This document shows, piece after piece, positions 40,095 to 49,653 of a DNA stretch of 64,000 nucleotides. Each line of letters starts with the position of its first letter. The stretch's first letter is position 1. The position numbers and the translations under genes are program-made. Below the pieces are notes generated by a model. It did no database searches and was not told the DNA's origin. It worked only from the letters and a program-made list of their open reading frames with translations. Origin of the DNA: Myxococcota bacterium (GTDB lineage Bacteria > Myxococcota_A > UBA9160 > SZUA-336); the NCBI GenBank assembly GCA_965247115.1, contig CBDFGR010000003.1, positions 1,184,001 to 1,248,000 on the forward strand, written 5' to 3'.

Positions 40095-40406
40095 ATGGAC
40101 TACCACGAGCTTCGAGCTATGACGATCGCGCAGCTGCGAGAGGTTGCCGCAGGCGTGGAAGGGCTCACTGGCTACACACAAATGCGCAAGGAGCAGCTGC
40201 TGGAGACCGTCTGCGAGCGCCTCGGAATCCCGCTTCACGAGCACCACGAAGTGGTCGGGATCAACAAGGCGGCGATCAAAAAACAGATCCGCGCCCTCAA
40301 GGTCCAGCGTGGAGAGGCGCTCGAGAAGCGCGACCACACCGGGCTGAAGCAGGTGCGCCGCCGGCTCCACAAACTCAAGCGGACGCTTCGCCGCGCCACC
40401 GTCTGA
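40095..40406 (+). CDS. Small basic hypothetical protein with a Rho-N-like helix
   Basis: ELRAMTIAQLREVA...MRKEQLL; RBS present. Confidence 0.7.
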   Translation: MDYHELRAMTIAQLREVAAGVEGLTGYTQMRKEQLLETVCERLGIPLHEHHEVVGINKAAIKKQIRALKVQRGEALEKRDHTGLKQVRRRLHKLKRTLRRATV

Positions 40407-40538
40407 GCCTTCTGACGCAACAGTCGGGCTGCAGCCCGGCGCCCCTCCTGCGCGCTCGTTGCGCACTGGCTGGTCCAGGGCTAGCAGACTCACCAGGTAG
40501 GGGGTCTTCTTGCGGCGGCACCCGCAGGCGGATGGGAA

Positions 40539-41792
40539 ATGGCCATAATGGGGGCGATGCCGGACCCCAAGGACCGACTGGCTGAGCTCCGAATCGATCG
40601 GGACCCGACCGCTGGCGTGAACCGCCGACCGGCGCTCCTCGCCGCGGCGGCCGGTCTGGTAATCGCGGCAGTAGCAGTCGGCTGGTGGGTGAGCGATCCC
40701 GCTCGGGCCACCGTGCGCACCGCTCCTGTGACGCGCAGCACGGGCGCCGGTGCCGCCGATACGGGCGTGCTCGACGCGTCCGGCTACGTCACCGCGCGCC
40801 TACAGGCAACCATCTCCTCGAAGGTCACCGGCAAGATCGTCGAGGTGCGCGTGGAGGAGGGCATGGCCGTGCAGCAGGGCGACATCCTCGCCCGGCTGGA
40901 CAGCTCGACGGTGGAACGTCAGGTCGAGGTTGCCGTTGCCCAGGTCGAGTCTGCACGCAGCTCGCTAGCCGAGGTCCGGGTGCGGCTCGCCGAGGCAGGG
41001 ATCAACCTGCGCCGTACCCGCGATCTGGTCACCGCCAACGCCAGGAGCCAGTCACATCTCGATGCGGATCAGGCTGCGTCCGACGCTCTCGAAGCTCGGC
41101 TTGCGGTCGGCGAACGGGACCTGGCCGTGGCTGATCGCCTGCTGGCCCTGCGCCGCCAGGAGCTCGAAGACCGGATCATCCGCGCTCCGTTCAGTGGGGT
41201 AGTCGTGACCAAGAACGCCCAGCCAGGCGAGATGATCTCGCCGGTCTCCGCGGGCGGAGGCTTCACGCGCACCGGGATCTGCACGCTCGTTGACATGAGC
41301 TCGCTGGAGATTGAGGTCGACGTGAACGAGGCCTACATCAACCGGGTCACGCCCGGTCAGAAGGTCAGGGCCACGCTAGACGCCTACCCGGACTGGAAGA
41401 TCCCCGCCACGGTCATCACGCCCGTTCCGACGGCGGACAGGCAGAAGGCGACGGTACGCGTGCGCATCGGCTTTGACGAGCTGGACCGCCGCGTTCTGCC
41501 CGACATGGGCATCAAGGTCACGTTCCTCGACAACTCCGGCCCCGACGTTGCAGCCAGTGGTGCGGCCACCGGTCCGGCCCCCCCGCTGATTCCTTCTGCG
41601 GCCGTGCGCGATGACGCCGGTCAGGCGGTCGTCTTCGTGTACTCCGGCGGCTCGCTCGAACGGCGGGCCGTGCGTCTGGGATCTCGCAGAAGCGATCAGG
41701 TGGAGGTCGTGGCCGGTCTCCGGATCGGCGAGCAGGTCGTCGTGGAGGGGCCCGAGGACCTCGACGACGGCGATCACGTAGTCACCCGCTAG
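40539..41792 (+). CDS. Efflux periplasmic adaptor (MFP/HlyD family)
   Basis: TM anchor, [32 protein letters not shown]. Confidence 0.93.
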   Translation: MAIMGAMPDPKDRLAELRIDRDPTAGVNRRPALLAAAAGLVIAAVAVGWWVSDPARATVRTAPVTRSTGAGAADTGVLDASGYVTARLQATISSKVTGKIVEVRVEEGMAVQQGDILARLDSSTVERQVEVAVAQVESARSSLAEVRVRLAEAGINLRRTRDLVTANARSQSHLDADQAASDALEARLAVGERDLAVADRLLALRRQELEDRIIRAPFSGVVVTKNAQPGEMISPVSAGGGFTRTGICTLVDMSSLEIEVDVNEAYINRVTPGQKVRATLDAYPDWKIPATVITPVPTADRQKATVRVRIGFDELDRRVLPDMGIKVTFLDNSGPDVAASGAATGPAPPLIPSAAVRDDAGQAVVFVYSGGSLERRAVRLGSRRSDQVEVVAGLRIGEQVVVEGPEDLDDGDHVVTR

Positions 41793-41808
41793 CAGATCGG
41801 GGATCAAG

Positions 41809-42504
41809 GTGTCCGAGAACGAAATTCTGGTCGCGGTCGACAATCTACACAAGACCTACTCGCGGGGTTCGGAGCGCATCGACGTGCTGCTCGGGCTGAG
41901 CCTCGAGGTTCCGAAGGGTGACTTCCTCGCGCTGATGGGTCCCTCGGGCTCGGGCAAGACGACGCTTCTCAACTTGATCGGCGGTCTCGACCAGCCCTCC
42001 GAGGGCACTGTGGAGGTCGCGGGCGAGCGGATCGATCGCGCCTCGGGACGCAAGCTCGCAAGCTGGCGGGCCCGCCATGTCGGCTTCGTCTTCCAGTTCT
42101 ACCACCTGCTCCCGGTGCTGACCGCCGAGCGGAACGTCGAGATTCCGCTGCTGTTGACGCACTTGAGTCGGGCAGAACGGCGACAGCACGTGCAGGTCGC
42201 ACTCGCCGTCGTGGGACTCGAGGATCGGGCCAAACACTACCCCCGGCAGCTGTCCGGCGGACAAGAGCAGCGAGTGGGAATCGCCCGCGCCATCGTGAGC
42301 GATCCGACGCTCCTGCTCTGCGACGAGCCAACAGGCGATCTGGATCGCAAGAGCGGAGACGAGATTCTCAACCTGCTCCAAGCCCTGAACGAGGAGCACG
42401 ACAAGACCATCGTCATGGTGACGCACGATCCACACGCGGCGGCCCGGGCCAAGCGCGTTGTGTATCTCGACAAGGGAGTGCTCAGCGGGAGGCCAGAGGT
42501 ATGA
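41809..42504 (+). CDS. ABC transporter ATP-binding subunit (LolD/MacB-like)
   Basis: [25 protein letters not shown]. Confidence 0.96.
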   Translation: MSENEILVAVDNLHKTYSRGSERIDVLLGLSLEVPKGDFLALMGPSGSGKTTLLNLIGGLDQPSEGTVEVAGERIDRASGRKLASWRARHVGFVFQFYHLLPVLTAERNVEIPLLLTHLSRAERRQHVQVALAVVGLEDRAKHYPRQLSGGQEQRVGIARAIVSDPTLLLCDEPTGDLDRKSGDEILNLLQALNEEHDKTIVMVTHDPHAAARAKRVVYLDKGVLSGRPEV

Positions 42505-43655
42505 AGTTCCTGCCCCTGCTCTGGCGGAGTCTGACGCGAAAGAAGGTCCGCACGACCTTCACTCTGCTGTCGATTCTCGTCTCCTTCCTGCTGTTCGGAC
42601 TCCTTGGAGCCCTGGAGCGTGCCCTGAGCCTGGGCTCCCAGACGGCGGGAACCGATCGGCTGGTGACCCAGCACAAGGTCTCATTCATCCAGCCTCTACC
42701 GCTCCGCTACTGGTCAACGATCCAGTCGGTGGACGGCGTGGAGGTGGTCTCTCACCTGACCTGGTTCGGGGGCTACTACCAGGAACCGAGCAATCGCTTC
42801 TCGCAGTTCGCAACGGACGCCGAGACCTACCTGGCGCTGGGATCGGAGCTGGAGCTCACCAACGCCCAAAAGGAGGCCTGGCTGGCCGAGCAGACTGGCG
42901 CGCTGGTGGGCCGCTCTGTCGCCGATCGCTTCGACTGGCAGCTCGGCGACCGCATTCCCCTCCAGGCGACCATTTTCCAGACGGAGGATGGATCCGCCTG
43001 GGAGTTCATCGTCGCCGCGATCGTCGAAGACACCGGCCCGGGCGGGGGTCCGGAGTTCATCTTCCACCACGACTACCTCAGCCAGAGAGGTGGAACCTTC
43101 GGAAGCGAGATGAACTGGGTAGGGCAGTTCGTAAGCCGCATCGACGACGCGGGCCGTGCCGCCGAGATCGCCGCAGACATCGATCGCCGCTTTACTAACT
43201 CCGGGGCGGAGACCAAGACCGCCACGGAGAAGGCCTTTGCTCAGGGCTTCGCGAACCAATTGGGGAACATCCGCGCCATCGTGCTCGGGATCACCAGCGT
43301 CGTCTTCTTCACGCTGCTCCTTGTAGCGGGGAATACCGTGGCACTGTCCGTACGCGAGCGGACGGAGGAGCTGGGCGTGCTCAAGGCCTTCGGGTTCACG
43401 AATGCGACCGTGATGGGCCTGGTCTTCGCGGAGGCGCTCAGCCTTGCAGCTCTGGGCGGTGGGGCCGGTCTCGCCTTGGCCTGGCTCGGGGCAAGTGTGG
43501 TCGACCTCCAGGGACTGCTGCCACCACTCTACGTACCCGGTGAACGAATGGGCATGGGTCTGGTTCTGATCGTGCTCTTCGCCCTCGTCGTGGCCGCCCT
43601 GCCCGCCTGGCAGGCCCTCCGCCTCAGGATCGTCGACGCGCTGCGGAGCGCCTGA
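42501..43655 (+). CDS. ABC permease (MacB/FtsX-like)
   Basis: [17 protein letters not shown]; 4-TM topology. Confidence 0.93.
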   Translation: MKFLPLLWRSLTRKKVRTTFTLLSILVSFLLFGLLGALERALSLGSQTAGTDRLVTQHKVSFIQPLPLRYWSTIQSVDGVEVVSHLTWFGGYYQEPSNRFSQFATDAETYLALGSELELTNAQKEAWLAEQTGALVGRSVADRFDWQLGDRIPLQATIFQTEDGSAWEFIVAAIVEDTGPGGGPEFIFHHDYLSQRGGTFGSEMNWVGQFVSRIDDAGRAAEIAADIDRRFTNSGAETKTATEKAFAQGFANQLGNIRAIVLGITSVVFFTLLLVAGNTVALSVRERTEELGVLKAFGFTNATVMGLVFAEALSLAALGGGAGLALAWLGASVVDLQGLLPPLYVPGERMGMGLVLIVLFALVVAALPAWQALRLRIVDALRSA

Positions 43656-43657
43656 GT

Positions 43658-44857
43658 ATGCGGGGCTTGCTCGCCTGGCTCTCGCAGACCTACGCCGTCA
43701 CGGCGCTGAACCTGCGCAGTCTCCGCGAGAGGCTCGGCTCGTCTGCGGCAACGGTCGTGGGCGTTGCCGGCGTGGTCATGGTGTTTGTCGGGGTGCTCTC
43801 CATCGCCGCGGGCTTTGCGCACACCATTCTCTCCACCGGCCGACCGGAGGTCGCCATAGTCGTACGCTCGGGAACGAACGACGAGATGAGCAGTATCCTC
43901 CTGCAGCCGGACACGCGGGTCATCTCGGATGCGCCCGGCGTGCTGAAGGGGGAGAGCGGGCCGATCGCGTCTGCCGAGGTCTTTGTAATCGTCGATCTCC
44001 CGAAGAAGTCCACAGGAACGGACGCAAATGTGCCACTGCGTGGTGTAGAGCGGACCGCCTTTGAGGTCAGGAACGAGGTTCGAATCGTGCAGGGCCGCAT
44101 GTTCGAGTGGGGCAGGAAGGAGATCGTCGTCGGCGAAGCTGCCGCTGCCCTCTTCGGAGGGATGGAGGTTGGCTCAGTCAAACGCTGGGGCGAGAACGAG
44201 TGGAAGGTCGTGGGGATCTTCAGCGCCGGAGGGAGCATCGAGGACTCCGAGCTCTGGACGGACGTGCGCGTCCTGCAACCGGCTTATGATCGGGGCAACA
44301 GCTTCAACTCGGTCCGCTTGCGGCTCGAGTCCGCGCAGGCCTTTGATGCGTTCAAGGACGTACTCACTACGGATCCCCGGCTCAGCGTCAGCGTGTTGCG
44401 CGAGGAGGCATACTACGCCGGCCAGTCCAGCGTTCTCGTCGGAATCATCCAGGTCCTCGGCTACATGATCGCATTCCTCATGGCCGTGGGCGCGGTCTTC
44501 GGTGCGCTGAACACGATGTACACGGCGGTCTCCGCCCGCACCCAGGAGATCGCGACCTTGCGGGCGGTGGGCTTCGGGGCGAGCCCGGTGGTGTTCTCGG
44601 TCCTGATCGAGTCCCTGCTCCTCGCGGCGGCCGGGGGGCTGATCGGCGGCGGCCTGGCGTACGGGCTCTTCAACGGCTTCCAGGCCACAACGCTGAACTT
44701 CCAGAGCTTCAGTCAGGTCGCCTTTGCCTTCGCGGTCACACCGGACCTGCTCCTGCGCGGCACCCTCTTCGCCCTACTCATGGGCGTGATCGGCGGCTTC
44801 TTCCCCGCGGTTCACGCAGCACGGCTGCCAGTCGCCACCGCTCTCCGAAAGGCCTGA
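43658..44857 (+). CDS. ABC permease (MacB/FtsX-like)
   Basis: VSARTQEIATLRAVGF. Confidence 0.93.
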   Translation: MRGLLAWLSQTYAVTALNLRSLRERLGSSAATVVGVAGVVMVFVGVLSIAAGFAHTILSTGRPEVAIVVRSGTNDEMSSILLQPDTRVISDAPGVLKGESGPIASAEVFVIVDLPKKSTGTDANVPLRGVERTAFEVRNEVRIVQGRMFEWGRKEIVVGEAAAALFGGMEVGSVKRWGENEWKVVGIFSAGGSIEDSELWTDVRVLQPAYDRGNSFNSVRLRLESAQAFDAFKDVLTTDPRLSVSVLREEAYYAGQSSVLVGIIQVLGYMIAFLMAVGAVFGALNTMYTAVSARTQEIATLRAVGFGASPVVFSVLIESLLLAAAGGLIGGGLAYGLFNGFQATTLNFQSFSQVAFAFAVTPDLLLRGTLFALLMGVIGGFFPAVHAARLPVATALRKA

Positions 44858-44954
44858 GTCACAGGGTGAAGTTCATCCCACTGGGCGCATCGTTGCAGAG
44901 CTCTGGGCTGCGTATACTGCGTCCAAGAAGCACAGAGTCAAGAAGGGGCCGTCC

Positions 44955-45824
44955 GTGGCCAACACCGTGATCGCCGAGAACCTGAAGTTCCCCGAGGGCC
45001 CCGCCTTCGACCGCGACGGGAACCTGTACGTCGTCGAGATTCAGGGGGGACAGGTCTCGAAGATCGCGTCCGACGGCAGCGTATCCGTCTTTGCAAAGAC
45101 TGGCGGCGGACCGAACGGCGCCAACTTCGGGCCGGACGGGCAGCTCTACGTCTGCAACAACGGCGGGTTTCCGGGATCTGACAGAGAGCCTGGCCGCGTG
45201 GAACGCATCGCTTCCGACGGCAGCGTGACCGTGTTGATTCGAGAGGTCGACGGCGAGCCGCTCAACTCGCCTAACGATCTCGGCTTTGACGAGTACGGCA
45301 ACTTCTACTTCACAGATCCGGTCTTTGGCGCCGCAGGAGTCGAACTCGACGGTGCGCCGGCGGGAAACATCTGCTTTCACGACACGAGTGGGAGGACGCG
45401 CAGACTGCACACGGCCTTCGCGTTCCCGAACGGCATCGGTGTATCGCCCGACGGACGGACCCTCATCGTCTGTGAATCGATGACGTTCAAGCTGCACGCC
45501 TTCGATATCCTCGAGCCGGGCGTCCTCGGCGAGCCGCGCGAGTTCGGCTTTCTCGGCGACGGCGCCATCCCGGACGGGTTTGCCTTCGACGTCGACGGGA
45601 ACATCCTGTGCTGCGGCTTCGAGAGCGGCCAGATCCACGTCTTCGCGCCCGGTGGCGGCGCCAAGATCGGCACCCTCGACTTCGAGGACAAGCGGGTCAC
45701 GAACGTGTGCTTCGGCGGACCCGAATTCAAGTCCCTGTTCGTGACCGAGAGTGGAGCCGGGCGCGTCGTGCGTGTCGACTGGGAACGGCCCGGAATGGTG
45801 CTCTTCCCCGACCGCCGAGGTTAG
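44955..45824 (+). CDS. SMP-30/gluconolactonase family protein
   Basis: FPEGP, SPNDL, FPNGI, PDG, TNVCFGG. Confidence 0.93.
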   Translation: MANTVIAENLKFPEGPAFDRDGNLYVVEIQGGQVSKIASDGSVSVFAKTGGGPNGANFGPDGQLYVCNNGGFPGSDREPGRVERIASDGSVTVLIREVDGEPLNSPNDLGFDEYGNFYFTDPVFGAAGVELDGAPAGNICFHDTSGRTRRLHTAFAFPNGIGVSPDGRTLIVCESMTFKLHAFDILEPGVLGEPREFGFLGDGAIPDGFAFDVDGNILCCGFESGQIHVFAPGGGAKIGTLDFEDKRVTNVCFGGPEFKSLFVTESGAGRVVRVDWERPGMVLFPDRRG

Positions 45825-45830
45825 GCACGC

Positions 45831-46733
45831 TCAGCCGGGCCGACCCACACATACACCGCTGGCGATGGCCGCCGCGCCCTCGTGGTTCAGCAGGTCGAAG
45901 AAGATCTCGTGTGTGCCAGCTGAGGTGATGCGTTCTTCGAGACAGCGGACCGACACGGTCTTTCCCATCAAGACCATCGCTCGGAACTGGCCCGCAATCC
46001 GAGCCAGGCGAGCTGGATCCGCACCAAGGCAGCGGTCGATCAGCTCCCGCATGGCCAGCGACAGCGTGGCCGTGCCGTGCAGGATGATGTCCGGGAGCCC
46101 AGCGGCGAGCGCCACGCTGCGCTCTGTGTGGATCGGATTCCAGATGTCCGCGCACTCCGTGTAGACGTGCGCAGCATCGGGGCGGATCGGAACCTCTGCG
46201 GACCAGACGGGCTTGTCAGGCAGGCCTCCGGGATCGGGGAGGGGTGGCGGGCTCACGAGTTCGCGGTCAGGACCGACAGTGGCCGCCCCGCGAACGATCC
46301 CGCCGGTGTCTAGCTCTGCGACACGCTTGCCGAAGGAGTCGCGCAGCTCGTAGCGTTGCGTGCTCAGCACGCCGGACCGAACCTGACGGACAGAGGTCAG
46401 CTCGCCCTGACACGTGATCACGTCGCCACCGCGCATAGCGCGCTCGAAGCGAGCATCGACCCAGGCGTGTACGCCACGCCGAGCGTTCTCCAGGCTGACC
46501 CCCAGGTCGGGGGTGTGCCTTGCGTTCCACTGCAAGGAGAAGATCAGGCCGGGGTGCGCGACCAGCCCCTCTGGTCGCGTATCGTCGAAGTACGCGGGGT
46601 TGAAATCACCGACACCGGCCGCGAACGCCATGATGCGTCGTGGTGTCAGCTCGACCGAGCGCGCCACCGTGCGCAATCCGACCGTCTTGGTGGGAACGGG
46701 CTCGAGCCCCAGCGTCTCTGCTTGCGCTGTCAC
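45831..46733 (-). CDS. Double-hotdog MaoC-like dehydratase
   Basis: GDFNPAYFD, WNPIHT...AGLPDIILHG. Confidence 0.88.
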   Translation of the reverse strand: MTAQAETLGLEPVPTKTVGLRTVARSVELTPRRIMAFAAGVGDFNPAYFDDTRPEGLVAHPGLIFSLQWNARHTPDLGVSLENARRGVHAWVDARFERAMRGGDVITCQGELTSVRQVRSGVLSTQRYELRDSFGKRVAELDTGGIVRGAATVGPDRELVSPPPLPDPGGLPDKPVWSAEVPIRPDAAHVYTECADIWNPIHTERSVALAAGLPDIILHGTATLSLAMRELIDRCLGADPARLARIAGQFRAMVLMGKTVSVRCLEERITSAGTHEIFFDLLNHEGAAAIASGVCVGRPG

Positions 46734-46759
46734 GCTGTCTCCTCCAACTGCGCGCTCGA

Positions 46760-47950
46760 TCAGCGCCGCGGCAGGCCGAGCACACGCTCGGAGATGATGT
46801 TGCGCTGGATCTCGCTGGTGCCCGCGGCGATCGTGCCGCCGCAGGACTGGAGCTGACGCGCTCCCCAGTGCCCGCCGTCGATCGCCCTGGCGGAGCCAGG
46901 CCAGAGCTGGCCATAGGGGCCCGTGAGCGAGTTGCCGAGCCGCGACATGCGATGATCGAGCTCGGAGCGATAGACCTTCATGGTGCTCGACTCCGGGCCC
47001 GGCTTCTCGCCCTGTGCCAGGCGCGTGAGCAACCGCAAGGAGTTCAGCCGCAGGATCTCGACCTCGGTCGCAAGCTGTGCAAGGCCCTGGCGGAACACCG
47101 GATCCGTGGCGGCCGACCGTCCGCCACGCTGGGTGCTGCGAGCCAGGTCGGTGATCCGGCCAACGCTGCGCTGGTACGTGAGGTAAGCCGAGAGCGTGCT
47201 CGCGCCGCGCTCGTAAGACAAGACCGTGTTCGAGACGCGCCAGCCTTCCGTTGGCTTTCCGACGATGTTCTCGGCGGGTACCTCCACATCCGTGAAGAAG
47301 GTCTCGTTGAAGTGCCGATTCCCCGTGATCTGCACGAGCGGACGGACCTCGACGCCTGGCGTCTGCATGTCGATCAGGAGAAAGCCGATGCCGCCGTGCC
47401 TCTCGGCCTCGGGATCCGTACGCACCAGGCAGAAAATCCAGTCAGCCTGATGCGCTCCCGACGTCCAGATCTTCTGGCCATTGACCACGTAGCGATCGCC
47501 ACGGAGCTCAGCGCGTGTCTGCAGGTTCGCCAGATCGGATCCTGCTCCCGGCTCCGAGTAGCCCTGGCACCACATCCGCTCCGCGCTCAGCATCGGGAGG
47601 AGGTGCGTCTCGCGCTGCTCGGGGCTGCCGTGGTGCATCAGGGCGGGACCGCAGAGCCCGATTCCGGAGCCGTTCACGCTGGGCGGTGCGTCCGCCCGCG
47701 CCAGCTCCTCCAGCAGGATCGCGTTCTCGACCTGCGTGCGACCCTGGCCGCCGTACTCCACGGGCCATGTAATGCCCACGTAGCCGGCCTCGTAGAGCTC
47801 GCGATGCCAGGCACGATGCTGGTCGAAGTACTCGTCTCCGCCGCGCTCATCCGGATCGGCCTCTTGCCACCAATCCGGGATGTTCTCGTCGAGCCAGCCC
47901 CTGATCGAGGCTCGATAGGCCTCTTCACTCTCGCTGAACTTGAAGTCCAT
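46760..47950 (-). CDS. Acyl-CoA dehydrogenase
   Basis: CQGYSEPGAGSDLA, NGQKIWTS, GTSEIQRNII. Confidence 0.95.
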   Translation of the reverse strand: MDFKFSESEEAYRASIRGWLDENIPDWWQEADPDERGGDEYFDQHRAWHRELYEAGYVGITWPVEYGGQGRTQVENAILLEELARADAPPSVNGSGIGLCGPALMHHGSPEQRETHLLPMLSAERMWCQGYSEPGAGSDLANLQTRAELRGDRYVVNGQKIWTSGAHQADWIFCLVRTDPEAERHGGIGFLLIDMQTPGVEVRPLVQITGNRHFNETFFTDVEVPAENIVGKPTEGWRVSNTVLSYERGASTLSAYLTYQRSVGRITDLARSTQRGGRSAATDPVFRQGLAQLATEVEILRLNSLRLLTRLAQGEKPGPESSTMKVYRSELDHRMSRLGNSLTGPYGQLWPGSARAIDGGHWGARQLQSCGGTIAAGTSEIQRNIISERVLGLPRR

Positions 47951-48039
47951 GATGCGCTCCCCCGAGGATCGATCTGTCCCAGTATCATACCTACGGGGGG
48001 AAGGAGAAGCGGGCGAGTCGCCGGTGGCTTAAATGGAAT

Positions 48040-48071
48040 GCCCCCGGGACCGCGCTCTGGGTCCCGGGGGC
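48040..48071 (-). terminator. 12-bp GC hairpin downstream of the aspartyl protease gene
   Basis: GCCCCCGGGACC/GGTCCCGGGGGC followed by ATTCCATTT on the minus strand (weak U-tract). Confidence 0.45.
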
Positions 48072-48116
48072 GCTCCCACTGCGAACGCCACGCCCGAGTG
48101 GCGTCGCAATACTTGG

Positions 48117-49034
48117 CTAGCGGTAGCGGAAATCCCTTGGCGCGGTCCAGGGACCGCGTGAGCCGGCAGCATCGACCGCGGCGACGCGCCAGAAGTACGT
48201 ACCGGGTCGGAGCCGCTCGACGTCCAGGCTACGGAGCTCGGTGCTGGTTCCGCTCACCAGGGTGTGCTCCACGACGTCTCGAAACGACTGGTCTGGGGAG
48301 ATCTCCAGATGGTAGCGGCTGGCACCATCCACACGCCCCCAGGCAAATTCGTAGTCGAGGATGCTCTCGCCCTGATTCCGCTCGGAGGAGATCTCCTCGA
48401 GCGTGAGCGTCTGGCGGACCGGATCCGTCTGGACGCGGAAGTGCTTGAAGAAGGACATGCCGAGCAGGCCGGTCTCGAGCGAGTCCAGGACGACCATCTC
48501 GACCTGCTCCAGCACGGCGTCACCGAGGCGCAGATTGCGCAGGGTGACGACCGGCGCGATCAGCGTCTCAGCCGAGATTCCGCGAACCTCGACGCGAGGC
48601 GTCCGCGCATCGATCCGGATCCCGAGCTGGTCCACGACGGAGCGCGGGATCGAGTTCATCATCGCGCCCGTATCGACCACGAAGCGGGCCTCGACGGAAT
48701 CGTTCAGAAGAGCCCGGACCTGCATCTGTAGGCCGGCACTCTCCAGGGAGACGATGTGGCGCAGAGAGGAGGTCCTCGTCGCGGCAGGGCTCGTCTGGCG
48801 CGCGACCACGTTGAAGCGCGTGTCGCGCGTTCCCGCCGCGACGGAAGAAAGGTCTTGCTGGTGCAGTGCCGGCACGCCAGCCGGGTCGTCCGTGAAGTGC
48901 AGACGACCTTGGGCGTCCACCCACTTGTACATGTCCGCCGAGGCAGGGCTCGCGATCAGGGTCAGGAGCAGCACAGCGGCTGCCAGGTGGCTAAGGAGTC
49001 GGGGCGGTGAATGGGGAGAATCACAAGTATGCAT
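48117..49034 (-). CDS. Secreted DUF4124 + retropepsin-like aspartyl protease + FN3-like protein
   Basis: Signal peptide, YKWVDAQGRLHFTD, FVVDTGA, GLLGMSF, YFWRVAAVD. Confidence 0.88.
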   Translation of the reverse strand: MHTCDSPHSPPRLLSHLAAAVLLLTLIASPASADMYKWVDAQGRLHFTDDPAGVPALHQQDLSSVAAGTRDTRFNVVARQTSPAATRTSSLRHIVSLESAGLQMQVRALLNDSVEARFVVDTGAMMNSIPRSVVDQLGIRIDARTPRVEVRGISAETLIAPVVTLRNLRLGDAVLEQVEMVVLDSLETGLLGMSFFKHFRVQTDPVRQTLTLEEISSERNQGESILDYEFAWGRVDGASRYHLEISPDQSFRDVVEHTLVSGTSTELRSLDVERLRPGTYFWRVAAVDAAGSRGPWTAPRDFRYR

Positions 49035-49040
49035 CCCCGG

Positions 49041-49150
49041 CTCCTTTCGCCAACCGTTCGACCCGATCGCGAGCCCGCTTGGGCGCTACTCGCGAGATAG
49101 GGCACTGGCTTTGCGTCCCCGTCTTTCGACGGGTTTGCCTCTTCGTGGAG
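49041..49150 (-). ncRNA. c-di-GMP-I (GEMM) riboswitch, variant copy
   Basis: GGCAAA-CCCGTC-GAAA-GACGGG-GACGCAAAGCC...CGGTTGGCGAAAGGAG. Confidence 0.88.
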
Positions 49151-49220
49151 CAGGCTGCACCCTTGCATCCTGCACCCATGGTGCGGCGTCTGAAACGCTA
49201 CACCGTTGCTAACAAGTCAC

Positions 49221-49249
49221 TCATCGGTCAGTCGTCCGCGCTTCTTTAG
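49221..49249 (-). promoter_or_regulatory. Sigma28/FliA-like promoter
   Basis: CTAAA-N16-ACCGATGA. Confidence 0.6.
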
Positions 49250-49348
49250 CTCAACCGCGGACTTTCTTGAACTCCCTGGCCGGTCGGGCCCAACGGCGCC
49301 AGGTTGCCGGTAAACTGCCGGCCGCGGCGTCCGAGTCGCCACGACGGC

Positions 49349-49636
49349 CTAGCTTGGGTCCTCCACCTCGATGGACGTGGCCACCCAGCCGTCGGCGGTG
49401 CGCTCGAAGCTGATGACCACGTAGCTTCCGATCGGCAGCGTGGTCAGGTCGTACACATCCTCCGGCACGTAGAACTCCAAGGAGCCCAGATAGACGGTCT
49501 GGGAGAGTGCGTAGACCTGCGTCACGAGTCCGGAAAGCGGCCTCTCGACGCTTGCAGCCTCGGCTTCTGTCACGCCGAGATAGGGCGAGCCCAGACTCAG
49601 GGTCAGGAGAGCCGCTAGAAGCCAGTTAGAGCGCAC
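49349..49636 (-). CDS. Small secreted protein (OB-fold-like), copy 2
   Basis: GGAG RBS, GTG 49636, signal peptide, 95 aa; paralogue of 53929..54216. Confidence 0.8.
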   Translation of the reverse strand: MRSNWLLAALLTLSLGSPYLGVTEAEAASVERPLSGLVTQVYALSQTVYLGSLEFYVPEDVYDLTTLPIGSYVVISFERTADGWVATSIEVEDPS

Positions 49637-49653
49637 GGTGGGTTCTCCTCTGC

